Notes: generated by a model not told the origin, from the sequence alone. DNA of 64,000 nt from Spirochaetia bacterium (GCA_965208575.1 CBDBOV010000001.1:64001-128000); one strand, 5' to 3'. Shown: positions 33,471 to 43,770, counted from the stretch's first letter. Made by a program: numbers and translations.

Positions 33471-35180
33471 TCAGCCGGCGGGAGGGGTTGCTGGCGCTCG
33501 AACGGTGCTGCGCAACGCGCCATCGGCCGCGGCGGGTCCGGTGCGGCTGCCGGCGCTTTCCGGGCCGCGCCGCTCAGCCTCGCGTTGACGGTCGATTCCT
33601 GACGTATACTCCTGCGCCAGTTCGGCCAGCAGCGAGAATACATGCTCCGCGTGGCTGGTGACCCGCAAGACGTTGGTGCGTTCATCGCCGGACAGTGACG
33701 ATCCCGATCTGAGGTAGGCGTGGCGTATCTTGCGGATGACCTCGCCCCGGCCCTCCATCAGTCGCTCGCTGATCAGAAACAGCGATTCGTCCTCCGTGGT
33801 CAGCATGTCGGTGAACACCATCAGCACCGCGTCGATACCTTCGATGATCCCGGTGCGCCACCGGTCGAGATGCGCGTGCAGCGGTGTCGCATGGAGCAGT
33901 TCGCACAGCTTCAGGATACGTTCATCCAACGCGTACAGGAGTCGCTGGCGGGTCAGCATCGACACCTGGTTGTCGATCTCCCGGTCGGGATACCGGTACG
34001 TCAGCTCCTGCAGAAACTCGTCGATCCGGGTCAGCACGTCCTTCGCCGAGTCGCACAGTGCCCCCAACGCGGCACCCTGGCGTACTTGATCCAGGCAGCG
34101 GGACAGGACCTCCAGCAGGCGGCGCTGCTCGAGGTCGGCCATGCGCAGCGCCGTCTCGGCATCCTCCAAGTTCCGGTCGTGGATGAAGTGCGGTTGCGAC
34201 AGCACCTCGGGTTCCGTGGGTGGCCACCACCGCGCGGTCAGCTTGGCCACGTGCGTGAGGACGGTGAGCTGGAATACGCCGGTGACGATGTTGGCGAAGA
34301 TGCAGTAGAGCGCCAGCAACTGCCCGACGGGAAGATCGATCGTAAACAGCGCAGCCTTGATCAGGGGCAGGCCAGTGTAGGTCTCGATTACGATGAGCGG
34401 CAGGAAGATCGCTGCCAACACGCAATTGTGCAACACCTGGTACATGCAGGTCTGGCGTGCCCTACCCTTGAGATGCGCCGACAGCAGATACAGGCTCAAG
34501 CTTGACCCGAGGCAGCAGCCGACGTGCAGCGTGAAGACCTGTTCGGCGGCCAGCACACCAGTCATCGCCATGCCGATGCCGGTCACCATCACGACGACGG
34601 ACGACTGCACGAGGAGGCTCAGCAGTGCACCGATCAGCAGGCACAGGACCAGCGCGCTCGCCGCCCGTGCCACGGACGCCTGGAACCAGAGGTGGTTCGC
34701 CAAGGGTGCGGCCGACTCCTTGATCAGGACGAACCCGAACACCATCATCCCGATGGCGAACAAGGTTGCCGCGATCGCCTGCAGTTTGACTCCCGGCGAG
34801 CGTCCCCTGGTAGCAACTTGCGTGACCAGTTGTGACGCCCCCAGGGCAAACAGAACGGCCAGCTTGATGTCGAACGATACGACCAGCAACAACATTGCCG
34901 CGCCTATGTTCCCGCCGATCAGGATCGGAAAGGAACGACCTGGTGTCAGGATCCCCGAGCGCACCATGCCGATCGTGATGAAGGTCAGGGCGGGTATCGT
35001 CTGGGTGATCGCGCCGGCCAACACGCCCCACAGGCACGCCGACCAACGGCTGCTGGTCCATTTCTTGGCGCTTTGGCGCACGCGCCGATTGGTCAAGGCC
35101 TTCAGGTGCTGAGTCAGCAGACTCAGACCCGTGAAGAAGAGCCCGAGGCCACCGGCGAACCCACCGATGATTGCTATCAC
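33471..35180 (-). CDS. Na+/Pi cotransporter family protein with PhoU-like C-terminal helices
   Basis: GGLGLFFTG, GGNIG, LVQSS, multiple TM helices, helical C-terminus. Confidence 0.8.
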   Translation of the reverse strand: MIAIIGGFAGGLGLFFTGLSLLTQHLKALTNRRVRQSAKKWTSSRWSACLWGVLAGAITQTIPALTFITIGMVRSGILTPGRSFPILIGGNIGAAMLLLVVSFDIKLAVLFALGASQLVTQVATRGRSPGVKLQAIAATLFAIGMMVFGFVLIKESAAPLANHLWFQASVARAASALVLCLLIGALLSLLVQSSVVVMVTGIGMAMTGVLAAEQVFTLHVGCCLGSSLSLYLLSAHLKGRARQTCMYQVLHNCVLAAIFLPLIVIETYTGLPLIKAALFTIDLPVGQLLALYCIFANIVTGVFQLTVLTHVAKLTARWWPPTEPEVLSQPHFIHDRNLEDAETALRMADLEQRRLLEVLSRCLDQVRQGAALGALCDSAKDVLTRIDEFLQELTYRYPDREIDNQVSMLTRQRLLYALDERILKLCELLHATPLHAHLDRWRTGIIEGIDAVLMVFTDMLTTEDESLFLISERLMEGRGEVIRKIRHAYLRSGSSLSGDERTNVLRVTSHAEHVFSLLAELAQEYTSGIDRQREAERRGPESAGSRTGPAAADGALRSTVRAPATPPAG

Positions 35181-35720
35181 TGCCCGATCACCGCGTTTTC
35201 GAATTGCCGATTGATTACCGTCTCCAGGGTGCGTCGATCACGTTGCTTGTGAGCGCTCGTGTGGTGTCTCGCACACGCGCGTGGCCGCGCGCCGCGCGCC
35301 GATTGCGTTGTTACGCACGGCAACCTATAAGCAGACACCATGCCAAGTACGCTCGGAGCTGCGTAAGTCGTTACGTGCACGTCAGGTCGGCAGTTGCGGC
35401 GGCCCCCTGACCGCGACCGGCCAAGTGTAACACCTTGCAACGTGCAGCCGCCGACGCGGGCCGCCTGGAGGCTGCATATGTACTTGGACTGTAGTGGTTT
35501 ACTGCTCGAAATGCGGCCCCTGTCGCAGATTGCCGCACCCTGTTGCGGTTTAGAACATCGCGTCCGCTGAGGAGCCGTCAGCGCTGCTGCCCGGCCGGTC
35601 GTCCACTTGCCCAACCGTTGCGCCACGGCGTGCCTTCCGTGAGCCCGCTTGAGCCCGCTTGAGCCCGCGCCGCCTCTTGCTAAGCGGGTGGGGCAGGGCG
35701 CACAATCGCGGTCACTGAGC

Positions 35721-36932
35721 ATGGCACACAACCACGGCGACCCTGTTGCGGAACTCAAGACCGCCAATGACCGGCGCATCCTGCTGCTGGTGATGGACGG
35801 CCTGGGCGGACTGCCGCGCGAGCCCGGCGGCCCCACCGAGTTGGAGGCCGCCCACACGCCCAATCTCGACACCCTCGCGGCCGGCGCCGAGTGCGGCCTG
35901 CACGTGCCGATCGAGTACGGCATCGCGCCCGGCTCGGCGCCCGGACACCTGGCGCTGTTCGGCTACGATCCGCTGCAGTACCCGATCGGTCGCGGCATCG
36001 TGGCGGCGCTCGGCATCGGCTATCCGATCGGCGGCGGCGACGTGGCGGCACGCCTCAACTTCGCCACCCGCGACGCGGCCGGCGCCGTCAGCGACCGCCG
36101 CGCGGGGCGCATTCCCACCGAGGTGTGCACGCGGCTGGCCGCGCTCCTGGACCGCATCGAGCTGCCCGGCGTGGAGGTGGCGGTACGCCCGGTGCGCGAC
36201 TACCGCGCCGTGGTGGTGCTGCGCGGCGCCGGCCTCAGCGACCTGGTGTCGGACACCGATCCGGCGCGCACCGGCGTGGCCGCGCTGCCGCCGCGCGCCC
36301 GGGCCCCGGAGGCGGAGCACACCGCGCAGGCGGCGGCCGCGTTCGTGGACCGCGCGCGCGAGCTGCTGGCCGGCGAGGCGCCGGCCAACGAGGTGCTGCT
36401 GCGTGGCTTCGCGCAACTGCCGCGGATCCCTTCCCTGGCGGACCGATTCGGGCTGCGCCCGGTCGCGCTCGCCGTGTATCCCGACTACAAGGGGGTGAGC
36501 CGGCTGGTCGGCATGGAGGCGATCGAGGGGCTCGTCGACCTGGAAGCCCAGAGCCGGGCGCTGGCCGTGGCCTGGTCCGATCACGACTACTGCTTCGTGC
36601 ACCACAAGTACACCGACTCCAAGGGCGAGGACGGCGACTTCGACGCCAAGGTAGCGGAGGTGGAGACCGTGGACCGTGCCCTGCCGGACCTGCTCGCCGG
36701 CAAGCCGGACGTCGTGATCGTGACCGGCGACCACTCGACCCCGAGCGTGGCGCGCTCCCATACCGCGCACCCGGTGCCGTTCCTGATTCACGCCGCCGGT
36801 GCGCGCCCCGACGCGGTGCGGGAATTCGGCGAGCGGGCGTGCGCCGCAGGCGCCTGGGGGGTGGTGCCGGGGCGGGCGCTGATGGCGATTGCCCTCGGCC
36901 ACGCCGGTAAGGTGGCGCGCTACGGCGCTTGA
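35721..36932 (+). CDS. apgM: 2,3-BPG-independent phosphoglycerate mutase (archaeal/ApgM type)
   Basis: MDGLGG, TPNLD, PGSAPGHLALFGYDP, DRRAGR, TGDHSTP, HPVP. Confidence 0.92.
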   Translation: MAHNHGDPVAELKTANDRRILLLVMDGLGGLPREPGGPTELEAAHTPNLDTLAAGAECGLHVPIEYGIAPGSAPGHLALFGYDPLQYPIGRGIVAALGIGYPIGGGDVAARLNFATRDAAGAVSDRRAGRIPTEVCTRLAALLDRIELPGVEVAVRPVRDYRAVVVLRGAGLSDLVSDTDPARTGVAALPPRARAPEAEHTAQAAAAFVDRARELLAGEAPANEVLLRGFAQLPRIPSLADRFGLRPVALAVYPDYKGVSRLVGMEAIEGLVDLEAQSRALAVAWSDHDYCFVHHKYTDSKGEDGDFDAKVAEVETVDRALPDLLAGKPDVVIVTGDHSTPSVARSHTAHPVPFLIHAAGARPDAVREFGERACAAGAWGVVPGRALMAIALGHAGKVARYGA

Positions 36933-37194
36933 CCCGCCGGCAAGCGCGTGCAGCGGCGGCCGTGACGGCGGGACATGCAGAAATCGCAAAAAAAGTTGCG
37001 CGCACCCCTTGACACCATTTTTGGGTGCGCGTAGCGGCTTGCCATGGCGCGTGGCGGCCCCTCCGACTCTCCGAAAGCGACTCGGGCTCCGTGGACGCGG
37101 CAGCGCCCCGCTGAGCGGCCTTCCGGGCGCCGTTTCACCGCCGTCGAGGACTCGGACAAATCGGCTATCTTGAATCCCATGGTATACTTACGAC

Positions 37195-39078
37195 ATGGAT
37201 GCCGTGACCTCTCCCACCCTCTGGTCTACCGTCGCCGCGCTCCCCGATTACCTCCTCTTGGCCCAGACTCGGCAGCTCGCCCGTCACGAGCAGGCGCTGC
37301 AGATCCTGGTCCTCGACCACCTGCGCGAGATCGAGGCTCGCCGCCTCCACCTGACCGGCGGGTATGGCAGTCTGTTCGACTACGTGGTGCACGAACTGGG
37401 CTACACCGCGGCCGCCGCCTGGCGGAGGATCAAGGCGATGCGGCTGTGCAGCCAGACCGGCGCGGCGCGGGAGTTGCTGCAGGATGGCTCGCTGAACCTG
37501 AGCAACGCGGCGCAACTGCAGAACCTGTTCGAGCGTAGCGACCGCAGCCACGGCCGCCCGCCGGGCGGTGACGGAACGGGCGGCGGCCTGGGCGGTGCGC
37601 AACGGAATGACGGCGCACCGGGGGAATCGGGATTGGCGGTACCGGCGCGCGCCGGCGGGCACGATCCGGCGCCACCGGCAGCCGGGCCGGTGCTGGACGC
37701 GGCGGCGCGGGAGAAGCTGGTCCGGCAGGCGGCGGGCAAGAGCACGCGCGAAGTGCAGCAGATGCTGGCCGAGGTGGATCCGGAGTTGGCGCAGCCGAGC
37801 GACCGGTTGCGCGCGCTCGGAGGTGGGCGCTGGGAGTTGAAGGCGGCGGTCGACGCGGAGTGCCGGCATGGGCTGGAGAAGTTGCTGATGCTGCTGTCGC
37901 ACCGGGACCCGCACCTGGCGCTGGGCGGACTGGTGGCGCGGCTGGTGCGCGACGGCCTGGACCGCTACGACCCGGCGCGGCCACCGAGGTCGCGGCGTAC
38001 CGGCGGAGGCGCCTCGGTCGACAGCGCGGGCTCCGCGAGCAAGCCGGCCCGGCGCGATACGGAGTCGGAGACCGGGCACGGCAACCGTTCGCTCGTGGCG
38101 GTACCAAACAGCACCGGGCATACCGCTTCGGCGGCGAAGCGCCGCTCGAATGCCGAGCATGGCAGCGGTTCGCCCGTGGCGACACCGAACCGCGACGGGC
38201 ACGCCGCTTTCCCGGCGAAGCGCCGCTCGGGCGCCGAGCATGGCGGCGTGCCACCGGTGGCGGCACTGAACAGCGGCGGGCGCCCTACTTCGCCAGCGAA
38301 GTGCCAATCTGAAGTCGAACTCGGTCGCGCAGAGCGTGCGGCGGCGGGGGACGGCGGCGGGTTGGCGGCTTCTCCGCCGAAGCGGTATACGGAGGCCGAG
38401 CGCGGCGGCGCGGACTACACGCCGGCGGCGGATGTCGGCGGTCGGGCGGCTTCGCCGGCGAAGCGGCGAGCGCAAGCCGGCGGCGCTGGCCGGGACGCGC
38501 GGGTGGGTGGTGGCCTGGACCGTACGATGGGGGCGTCCGGAGCGCGGTTCGAGGCCGACCGGCGCGACGCGGCGCCGGCACCGGGGCGGGGCGGCACGCG
38601 GTTGCGGACTTCGACGGCGAAGCGGCTTGCGTACGCCGCCGGGCATGGTTCGCGGGGGACGGCGGAGCGTTCGCCGGCACTGGAGCGGCACCTGGCCGCG
38701 TTGCGCTGCTGCGGCGCGTTGCCGGGCTCCCGATCACGGTACATCCCGGCGGTCGTGCGGCGTGAGGTGTGGCGGCGCGACCAGGGTCGTTGCAGTTACG
38801 TCGACCGCTATAGCGGACGGGACAGCGGGCGGCGCTGCGGCTCCTGCTATCGGCTGGAGATCGACCACATCGTGCCGTTCGCGCTCGGCGGCGGCGCGGA
38901 GCCGCGGAATCTGACGCTCCATTGTCGAGCGCACCACAAGTTGCGCCACGCGCAGCGCCATGTATACGCCGACAGTGTGCCGTCTGAAGCCCAACGCGCT
39001 CGGGTCTTCGCGGTCGATCCCAACGAACGCGGGCAGACCGTCGGATCTCATGCGGCAATCGATGGGGCCGGGGCCTGA
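37195..39078 (+). CDS. DUF222-like + HNH endonuclease protein with internal 27-aa repeats (candidate selfish element)
   Basis: N-terminal LDHLREIEARRLH..GYGSLFDYVV.ELGY; C-terminal RYIPAVVRREVWRRDQGRC...C...IDHIVPFALGG...NLTLHCRAHH; TGG-TATACT-N6-ATG promoter. Confidence 0.85.
   Translation: MDAVTSPTLWSTVAALPDYLLLAQTRQLARHEQALQILVLDHLREIEARRLHLTGGYGSLFDYVVHELGYTAAAAWRRIKAMRLCSQTGAARELLQDGSLNLSNAAQLQNLFERSDRSHGRPPGGDGTGGGLGGAQRNDGAPGESGLAVPARAGGHDPAPPAAGPVLDAAAREKLVRQAAGKSTREVQQMLAEVDPELAQPSDRLRALGGGRWELKAAVDAECRHGLEKLLMLLSHRDPHLALGGLVARLVRDGLDRYDPARPPRSRRTGGGASVDSAGSASKPARRDTESETGHGNRSLVAVPNSTGHTASAAKRRSNAEHGSGSPVATPNRDGHAAFPAKRRSGAEHGGVPPVAALNSGGRPTSPAKCQSEVELGRAERAAAGDGGGLAASPPKRYTEAERGGADYTPAADVGGRAASPAKRRAQAGGAGRDARVGGGLDRTMGASGARFEADRRDAAPAPGRGGTRLRTSTAKRLAYAAGHGSRGTAERSPALERHLAALRCCGALPGSRSRYIPAVVRREVWRRDQGRCSYVDRYSGRDSGRRCGSCYRLEIDHIVPFALGGGAEPRNLTLHCRAHHKLRHAQRHVYADSVPSEAQRARVFAVDPNERGQTVGSHAAIDGAGA
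38050..38480 (+). repeat. Degenerate 81-bp (27-aa) coding tandem repeat, about 5 units
   Basis: AKRRS / AKRRS / AKCQS / PKRYT / AKRRA starts recur every 27 aa. Confidence 0.75.
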
Positions 39079-39314
39079 TCGCACACCGTCGTGGAACCGG
39101 CGCTCCCGACCACCGGCGGTCAATGCCAAGCCGCGCACCATCGCCTCGCCGATCCAGTTCGCCAGCTCCAGGATCGCTTCGTCCGCGATCAGGTAGACCC
39201 TGTGTAGATGATCGCTTCCAGCTTTACACGTTCTTACCCTGATAGTCGTGACGGCGGATGTGGTGTCGGCGGATATAGTAAGGTGTCCGTGACCGCGCAT
39301 GGGCCGAGAACGGG

Positions 39315-39932
39315 TTGGACTCCACACTGGAAAATGACGATCTGCTGACCGCCTACGAGGCGTCCCGGCAGCCGCAGTTGCGGGTGTACGAGCCCGCTCG
39401 CCGCGTCATAGTGCTCGGCGCCGCCGGCAACGCGGCGGTGGACGTGCACCGGGCGGCGGCGGCGGCCGGCATCGGCGTCCGGCGCCGGCGCGGCGGCGGC
39501 GGCACCGTCCTGCTCGGCCCCGGCCAGGTGGTGGTGGCGCTGGTCACGGAGGTGGACCACCCGTACCGGAACCGCGAGTACGCGCGCGCCATCAACGGCT
39601 GGCTGATCGACGCGCTGCACGGCGCCGGCGCGCGCGGCATCGAGCAGCGCGGCATCTCCGACTTGGCCATCGCCGACCGCAAGATCGCCGGCACCAGCGT
39701 GTTCCGGCGCCGCCGCATCCTGTTCTACCAGGCCAGCCTGCTGGTGCACAACGATCCGGCCGAGTTCGAGCGCTTCCTGGCCTTTCCGCGCCAGGTGCCG
39801 GACTACCGCCGCGGCCGCGCCCACGCCGCGTTCTGCACCACGCTGTCCGCGGCCGGCTACCCGTACCGCGCGGCGCAGGTGGCCGCGCTGCTGCACACCG
39901 CCGTGGCGGCGCGTATCGGAGGCCTGCGCTGA
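39315..39932 (+). CDS. Lipoate-protein ligase A family protein
   Basis: RRRGGGGTVL, DRKIAG, PDYRRGRAH. Confidence 0.85.
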   Translation: MDSTLENDDLLTAYEASRQPQLRVYEPARRVIVLGAAGNAAVDVHRAAAAAGIGVRRRRGGGGTVLLGPGQVVVALVTEVDHPYRNREYARAINGWLIDALHGAGARGIEQRGISDLAIADRKIAGTSVFRRRRILFYQASLLVHNDPAEFERFLAFPRQVPDYRRGRAHAAFCTTLSAAGYPYRAAQVAALLHTAVAARIGGLR

Positions 39933-40112
39933 CCGCCGCGCCGCACCGCCCATCCAGCGCGTGCCGCCCGCTGACGGTGTCCGCGCGCCAGCCGCCGCCA
40001 GCCGCCGCGCCGCACCGCCCGTCCAGCGCGTGGCGCCCGCTGACGGTGTCCGCGCGCCAGCCGCCGCCAGCCGCCGCGCCGCACCGCCCGTCCAGCGTGT
40101 GCCGCCCGCTGT
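39933..40112. repeat. 69-bp tandem repeat, about 2.6 copies
   Basis: CCGCCGCGCCGCACCGCCC...GCCAGCCGCCGCCAG units start at 39933, 40002 and 40071. Confidence 0.9.
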
Positions 40113-41884
40113 CCCGGCCCCCGCGCAAACCGCCGCAGCAGGCGGCGCCGCGCCTGCTGGCGGCCGTGGCCCTGGTACTGCTCGCCACCACCACGTGCGC
40201 TCAGCGCGCCGTCGACCTGCCGTTCCACGATGCCGGCGGCGCCCGGCTGCGGGTGCGCGCCGAGCACCGTCCCCGCGAGCAGGCGGCCGCCGCGCGCGAG
40301 GCCCGGATCGCCGCTACCGCCCTGTCCCCGCGCCACGGCGTGCACAGCACGGCGCGGCTGCTGCTGGCCAAGCCGCTGGCGGTGTACGCCGGGGAGGCGA
40401 TCACGGTGTCCGTGCGCAGCGACCTTGCCGAGTTCAGCGTGGAGCTGTTCAGCGGCGCCGACACGGTGGCGTTCAGCCGTACCATCGCGCTCGGCGGCAG
40501 CGGCACCATTCACCATCAACTGGTGCTGGACACCTCGTTCGAGCTGCGCGGCATGCAACTGCACGCGCCGCCGGCGGCCACGGAAGGGCAACTGGAGCTG
40601 GCCGGCGCCGCGCTGTCGCCGCCGGCCGGCGCATTGCTGGTGCGTGACGCGCAGTTGTTCGCCGGCAGCGGGTTCACTTCCCGCGGCGCCGCGCACTTCG
40701 ACGGCGCCGCGCTGCGCCCGGTGGACCTGGATCTGGCCGACTGGCTGTTCCCCGGCCCGGACGCGTCCGCGGCCGCGGCGGCGCCGGCCGCGCCCTGGCT
40801 GCTGTCGCTCGGCTTGCACAATCCGGGCGCCGCCGACGGGGAGCTGCGCGTGCACCTGGAAGGCGACGGCGTGCGGCGCAGCTTCCTGGTCACCCGCCAG
40901 CCGGGCCGCCAACCGATCTACCTGCATGGCGCCGAAATCGGCTTCCTGCCGCGCCGCGTATACCTGGAAGCGGGCGGCGGCCTGTTCTCGGCCGCGGTCG
41001 AACCGCTGCCGCCGAGCGGCGCGGACGGGCCGCCGGTCGCGGTCCCGGCCGACCTGGGCACCATCCTGCGCCTCGACCGCACCCACTGGCGGCGCGACGA
41101 CTTCGAACTGTACGAGTGGCGGGGCGTACCGGCCGCCGCCGCGCCGCTGCTGATCTTCGACACCGCCAACTACGCCGTCCAGGCGCGGCTGTTCCGCCGC
41201 CTGGCGTTCTTCGTCGAAAAGCGCGGTTTCCGCGGCCGCCTGCTCGGCGACGAGGAACTCGCCGGCCTGCGCGGCTACAACGCGCACGACTACGCCGCGC
41301 CCGACCTGGCGCGCTTCTTCTCCCTGGCGCAGAACCAGGGCGTGGCCCTCAACGAGGCGGAGCTGCTGCTGCGCGACATCGCCGTGACGCACGGCATCGT
41401 GCAGCCCGATCCGGACGGTGGCTGGCGTACCGGCGCCGGCGCGATCCTGTCGATCTCGCAGGCCTCGCACGCCCAGTTGCGCGACCTGCTGCTGCGCCAC
41501 GAGGCGCTGCACGGCCTGTACTTCACCCACGCCCGCTACCGGGAGGCGGTGTGGGCGGCGTGGCAGCAGTTGACCGAGGACGAGCAGCGGTTCTGGACGC
41601 TGCTGCTGGCGTCGATCAACTACGACGTCGACTATCCCGACCTGGTGGTGAACGAGTTCCAGTCCTACCTGCTGCAGCAGGGCGCGAACCGGGTCGGGTA
41701 CTTCCTGTCGGTGTGGAACGGCCGCCTGCGCACGCGCCACCCGGAACATGCCGACGCCATCGCCGCGGTAACCCGCGCCACCGAGCGCTGGCGCGAACAG
41801 CACCGCCGGCTGGCGGCCGCGCTCGCCGACACCACCGGCGTGCACAGCGACCACCTCATCCTGGTCCGCGCAGCCGACCGCTGA
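39977..41884 (+). CDS. Exported hypothetical protein with HExxH motif (spirochaete-type); start uncertain
   Basis: Hydrophobic signal-like segment LLAAVALVLLATTTCA; LIFDT..Y..Q...F.RLAFFVEK.G, GYNAHDY, RHEALHG, NEFQSY. Confidence 0.7.
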   Translation: MSARQPPPAAAPHRPSSAWRPLTVSARQPPPAAAPHRPSSVCRPLSRPPRKPPQQAAPRLLAAVALVLLATTTCAQRAVDLPFHDAGGARLRVRAEHRPREQAAAAREARIAATALSPRHGVHSTARLLLAKPLAVYAGEAITVSVRSDLAEFSVELFSGADTVAFSRTIALGGSGTIHHQLVLDTSFELRGMQLHAPPAATEGQLELAGAALSPPAGALLVRDAQLFAGSGFTSRGAAHFDGAALRPVDLDLADWLFPGPDASAAAAAPAAPWLLSLGLHNPGAADGELRVHLEGDGVRRSFLVTRQPGRQPIYLHGAEIGFLPRRVYLEAGGGLFSAAVEPLPPSGADGPPVAVPADLGTILRLDRTHWRRDDFELYEWRGVPAAAAPLLIFDTANYAVQARLFRRLAFFVEKRGFRGRLLGDEELAGLRGYNAHDYAAPDLARFFSLAQNQGVALNEAELLLRDIAVTHGIVQPDPDGGWRTGAGAILSISQASHAQLRDLLLRHEALHGLYFTHARYREAVWAAWQQLTEDEQRFWTLLLASINYDVDYPDLVVNEFQSYLLQQGANRVGYFLSVWNGRLRTRHPEHADAIAAVTRATERWREQHRRLAAALADTTGVHSDHLILVRAADR

Positions 41885-41906
41885 GCGCGCGCCGCGGCCG
41901 GCGTCC

Positions 41907-42326
41907 TCATGGGGCGGCCTTCACCGTACCGAGGCGCCGCAGCCGGTGGAGGGTGACCAGCGCCGCACCGGCGGCCGCCCCCACCAGGTTGGCGACCGCA
42001 TCGCCGGTTTCCGGTACCCGCCCGGTGTAGCGCTGGGCCAGTTCCAGGCCCGCCCCGTAGCAGGCGCCGATCAGCAGCGCCGCCCCGCAACGCCGCCACA
42101 CCGCCCACGTCGTGGAGCCCGCGCTCAGCCCGGCGGTCAGCAGCGCGCCGAGCAGCAGGTAGGCGGCCGCGTGCACCACGCGGTCGCGGCCGGCGGCGCT
42201 GGCCCACACCGGCGGCGACGGATACAGGGAGGCCGCCAGCACCAGCAGCGCATACAGCACAAGCGCAATCCGCACCGCGGTGCGGCGATGACTGCGCGCC
42301 GGCGGCGCCGGAACCGGGGCCTGCAC
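41907..42326 (-). CDS. VanZ family membrane protein
   Basis: DRVVHAAAY, ELAQRY..GR...GDAVAN. Confidence 0.85.
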   Translation of the reverse strand: MQAPVPAPPARSHRRTAVRIALVLYALLVLAASLYPSPPVWASAAGRDRVVHAAAYLLLGALLTAGLSAGSTTWAVWRRCGAALLIGACYGAGLELAQRYTGRVPETGDAVANLVGAAAGAALVTLHRLRRLGTVKAAP

Positions 42327-42370
42327 CGGTCAGCCGGGCAAGTGCGCGCCTGGCGACGACTGTGCGCGCG

Positions 42371-43576
42371 TCAGCCGGCCGCTGCCCGCGCCGCCGTCCC
42401 GGCGCCCTGCCGCGCCGCGGCGGCGCCGTTGACCCGGCCCGGAGCGCCCGCTTCGGCCCCGGCGCCCGCCTCCCCGGCGGCGCCCGTCACCGGCACCATC
42501 CAGCCGTGGCGGTCCTCCAGCGCCCCGTACTGCACGCCCTTCAGCGTCTTCAGAAACCCGCGCGCCACCGGACCGATGGCGCCGTCGCCGAATACCTTCT
42601 CGGTGTCGCCGTGGCGCAGGGAACTGAAGTGGGTCACCCCCGCGGCCGTGCCGGTGCCGAATGCCTCGGCGGCGTCGTCGAGCACCTCCTCCACCGCCAC
42701 CGGGCGCTCCTCCACCGTCATGCCCTCCTCGGCGGCCAGCTCCATGATGGTGCGCCGCGTGATACCGGGCAGGATGGTGTCGCCGAGCGCCGGCGTCACC
42801 AGGCGGCCGTCGCCGAGCACAAAGAACAGGTTGCAGGAGGAGCCCTCCTCCACGTAGCGGTGGTGCTCGGCGTCCAGGAACACGCACTCCATGTACCCGG
42901 CCACCTCCGCCTCGCGCTTCGCGAGCGCGCTGGTCACGTAGTTGGCGCTGCACTTGATCCAGCCGGTGCCGCCGGGGGTGGCGCGCACCCGCCGCGTGGT
43001 GACGGTGGCCGAGCTGCCGCCGTCGGCGAAATAGGAACCGACCCGCGTGGAGATGACCACGAACCAGGGCGCCTGGCTCAGGTTCACGCCGATGCCGCCC
43101 TCGGCCAGCGAGAAGGGCCTTATATATACGGAATGCCCGCTGGCGAAATCGTCGCGCTCCCAGGCCGGGTCGTAGGCGGGCGCGAAGCCGATCGCCTGGT
43201 TGCGCGCCGCCACGCCGCGCGCCGCCTGCACGAACTCGTCCACCGGCACGCCCGGCATGTACAGCCCCTCCATTGAGCGCTTCATGCGGATCGCGTTCTC
43301 GCGCGGGCGGAACAGCTTCAGCGATCCGTCCGGTTGCGGGAACGCCTTCAGGCCCTCGAAGCAGGCCATCGCGTACTGGGTCGAGTAGTTGACCAGCGGC
43401 AGTCCGGGAAACTCGTTGCGCTCGCGGTACAGCCGCTCACGCTCCGCGTCCGGCAGCGCCTCCTCCTCGGCCGGGCTCAGGTGGCGCTTCTCGACATACT
43501 CGGCAGCCCATGCGTCTCCGTCGAACTTGCTCAGGTAGACCCACGGATAGATGGAAAGACTGAATTCGGCAGCCAT
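42371..43576 (-). CDS. ilvE: Branched-chain amino acid aminotransferase (class IV)
   Basis: FEGLKA, LFRP, YIRP, KCSANY, EGSSCNLF, ILPGITR, GTGTAA. Confidence 0.9.
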   Translation of the reverse strand: MAAEFSLSIYPWVYLSKFDGDAWAAEYVEKRHLSPAEEEALPDAERERLYRERNEFPGLPLVNYSTQYAMACFEGLKAFPQPDGSLKLFRPRENAIRMKRSMEGLYMPGVPVDEFVQAARGVAARNQAIGFAPAYDPAWERDDFASGHSVYIRPFSLAEGGIGVNLSQAPWFVVISTRVGSYFADGGSSATVTTRRVRATPGGTGWIKCSANYVTSALAKREAEVAGYMECVFLDAEHHRYVEEGSSCNLFFVLGDGRLVTPALGDTILPGITRRTIMELAAEEGMTVEERPVAVEEVLDDAAEAFGTGTAAGVTHFSSLRHGDTEKVFGDGAIGPVARGFLKTLKGVQYGALEDRHGWMVPVTGAAGEAGAGAEAGAPGRVNGAAAARQGAGTAARAAAG

Positions 43577-43753
43577 GGCGAATTGCGATGGTACGACCGC
43601 CGCCGCTCCCGGTCAACCTGTTTCTCAGAGCCGTTTTCCTACGATTTCGTGGCCCCATGCCCCAGTTCCTACCAAAATGTCACTCCCGGGTCGCGTGCTT
43701 GCCGGCTGTGCCGCCCTCGTGTATCCTGTATCGGCTGTTTTCCAACGTGCCGC

Positions 43754-43770
43754 TTGGCATGGCTATTGCT
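43754..43770 (+). promoter_or_regulatory. Sigma54 (-24/-12) promoter motif
   Basis: TTGGCATGGCTATTGCT matches YTGGCAYG-N4-TTGCW with exact GG-N10-GC spacing. Confidence 0.6.

Noticed and set aside
37195-39078. IscB/Cas9-like RNA-guided nuclease
   Set aside because: No PLMP or RuvC motifs; the architecture is DUF222-like + HNH only
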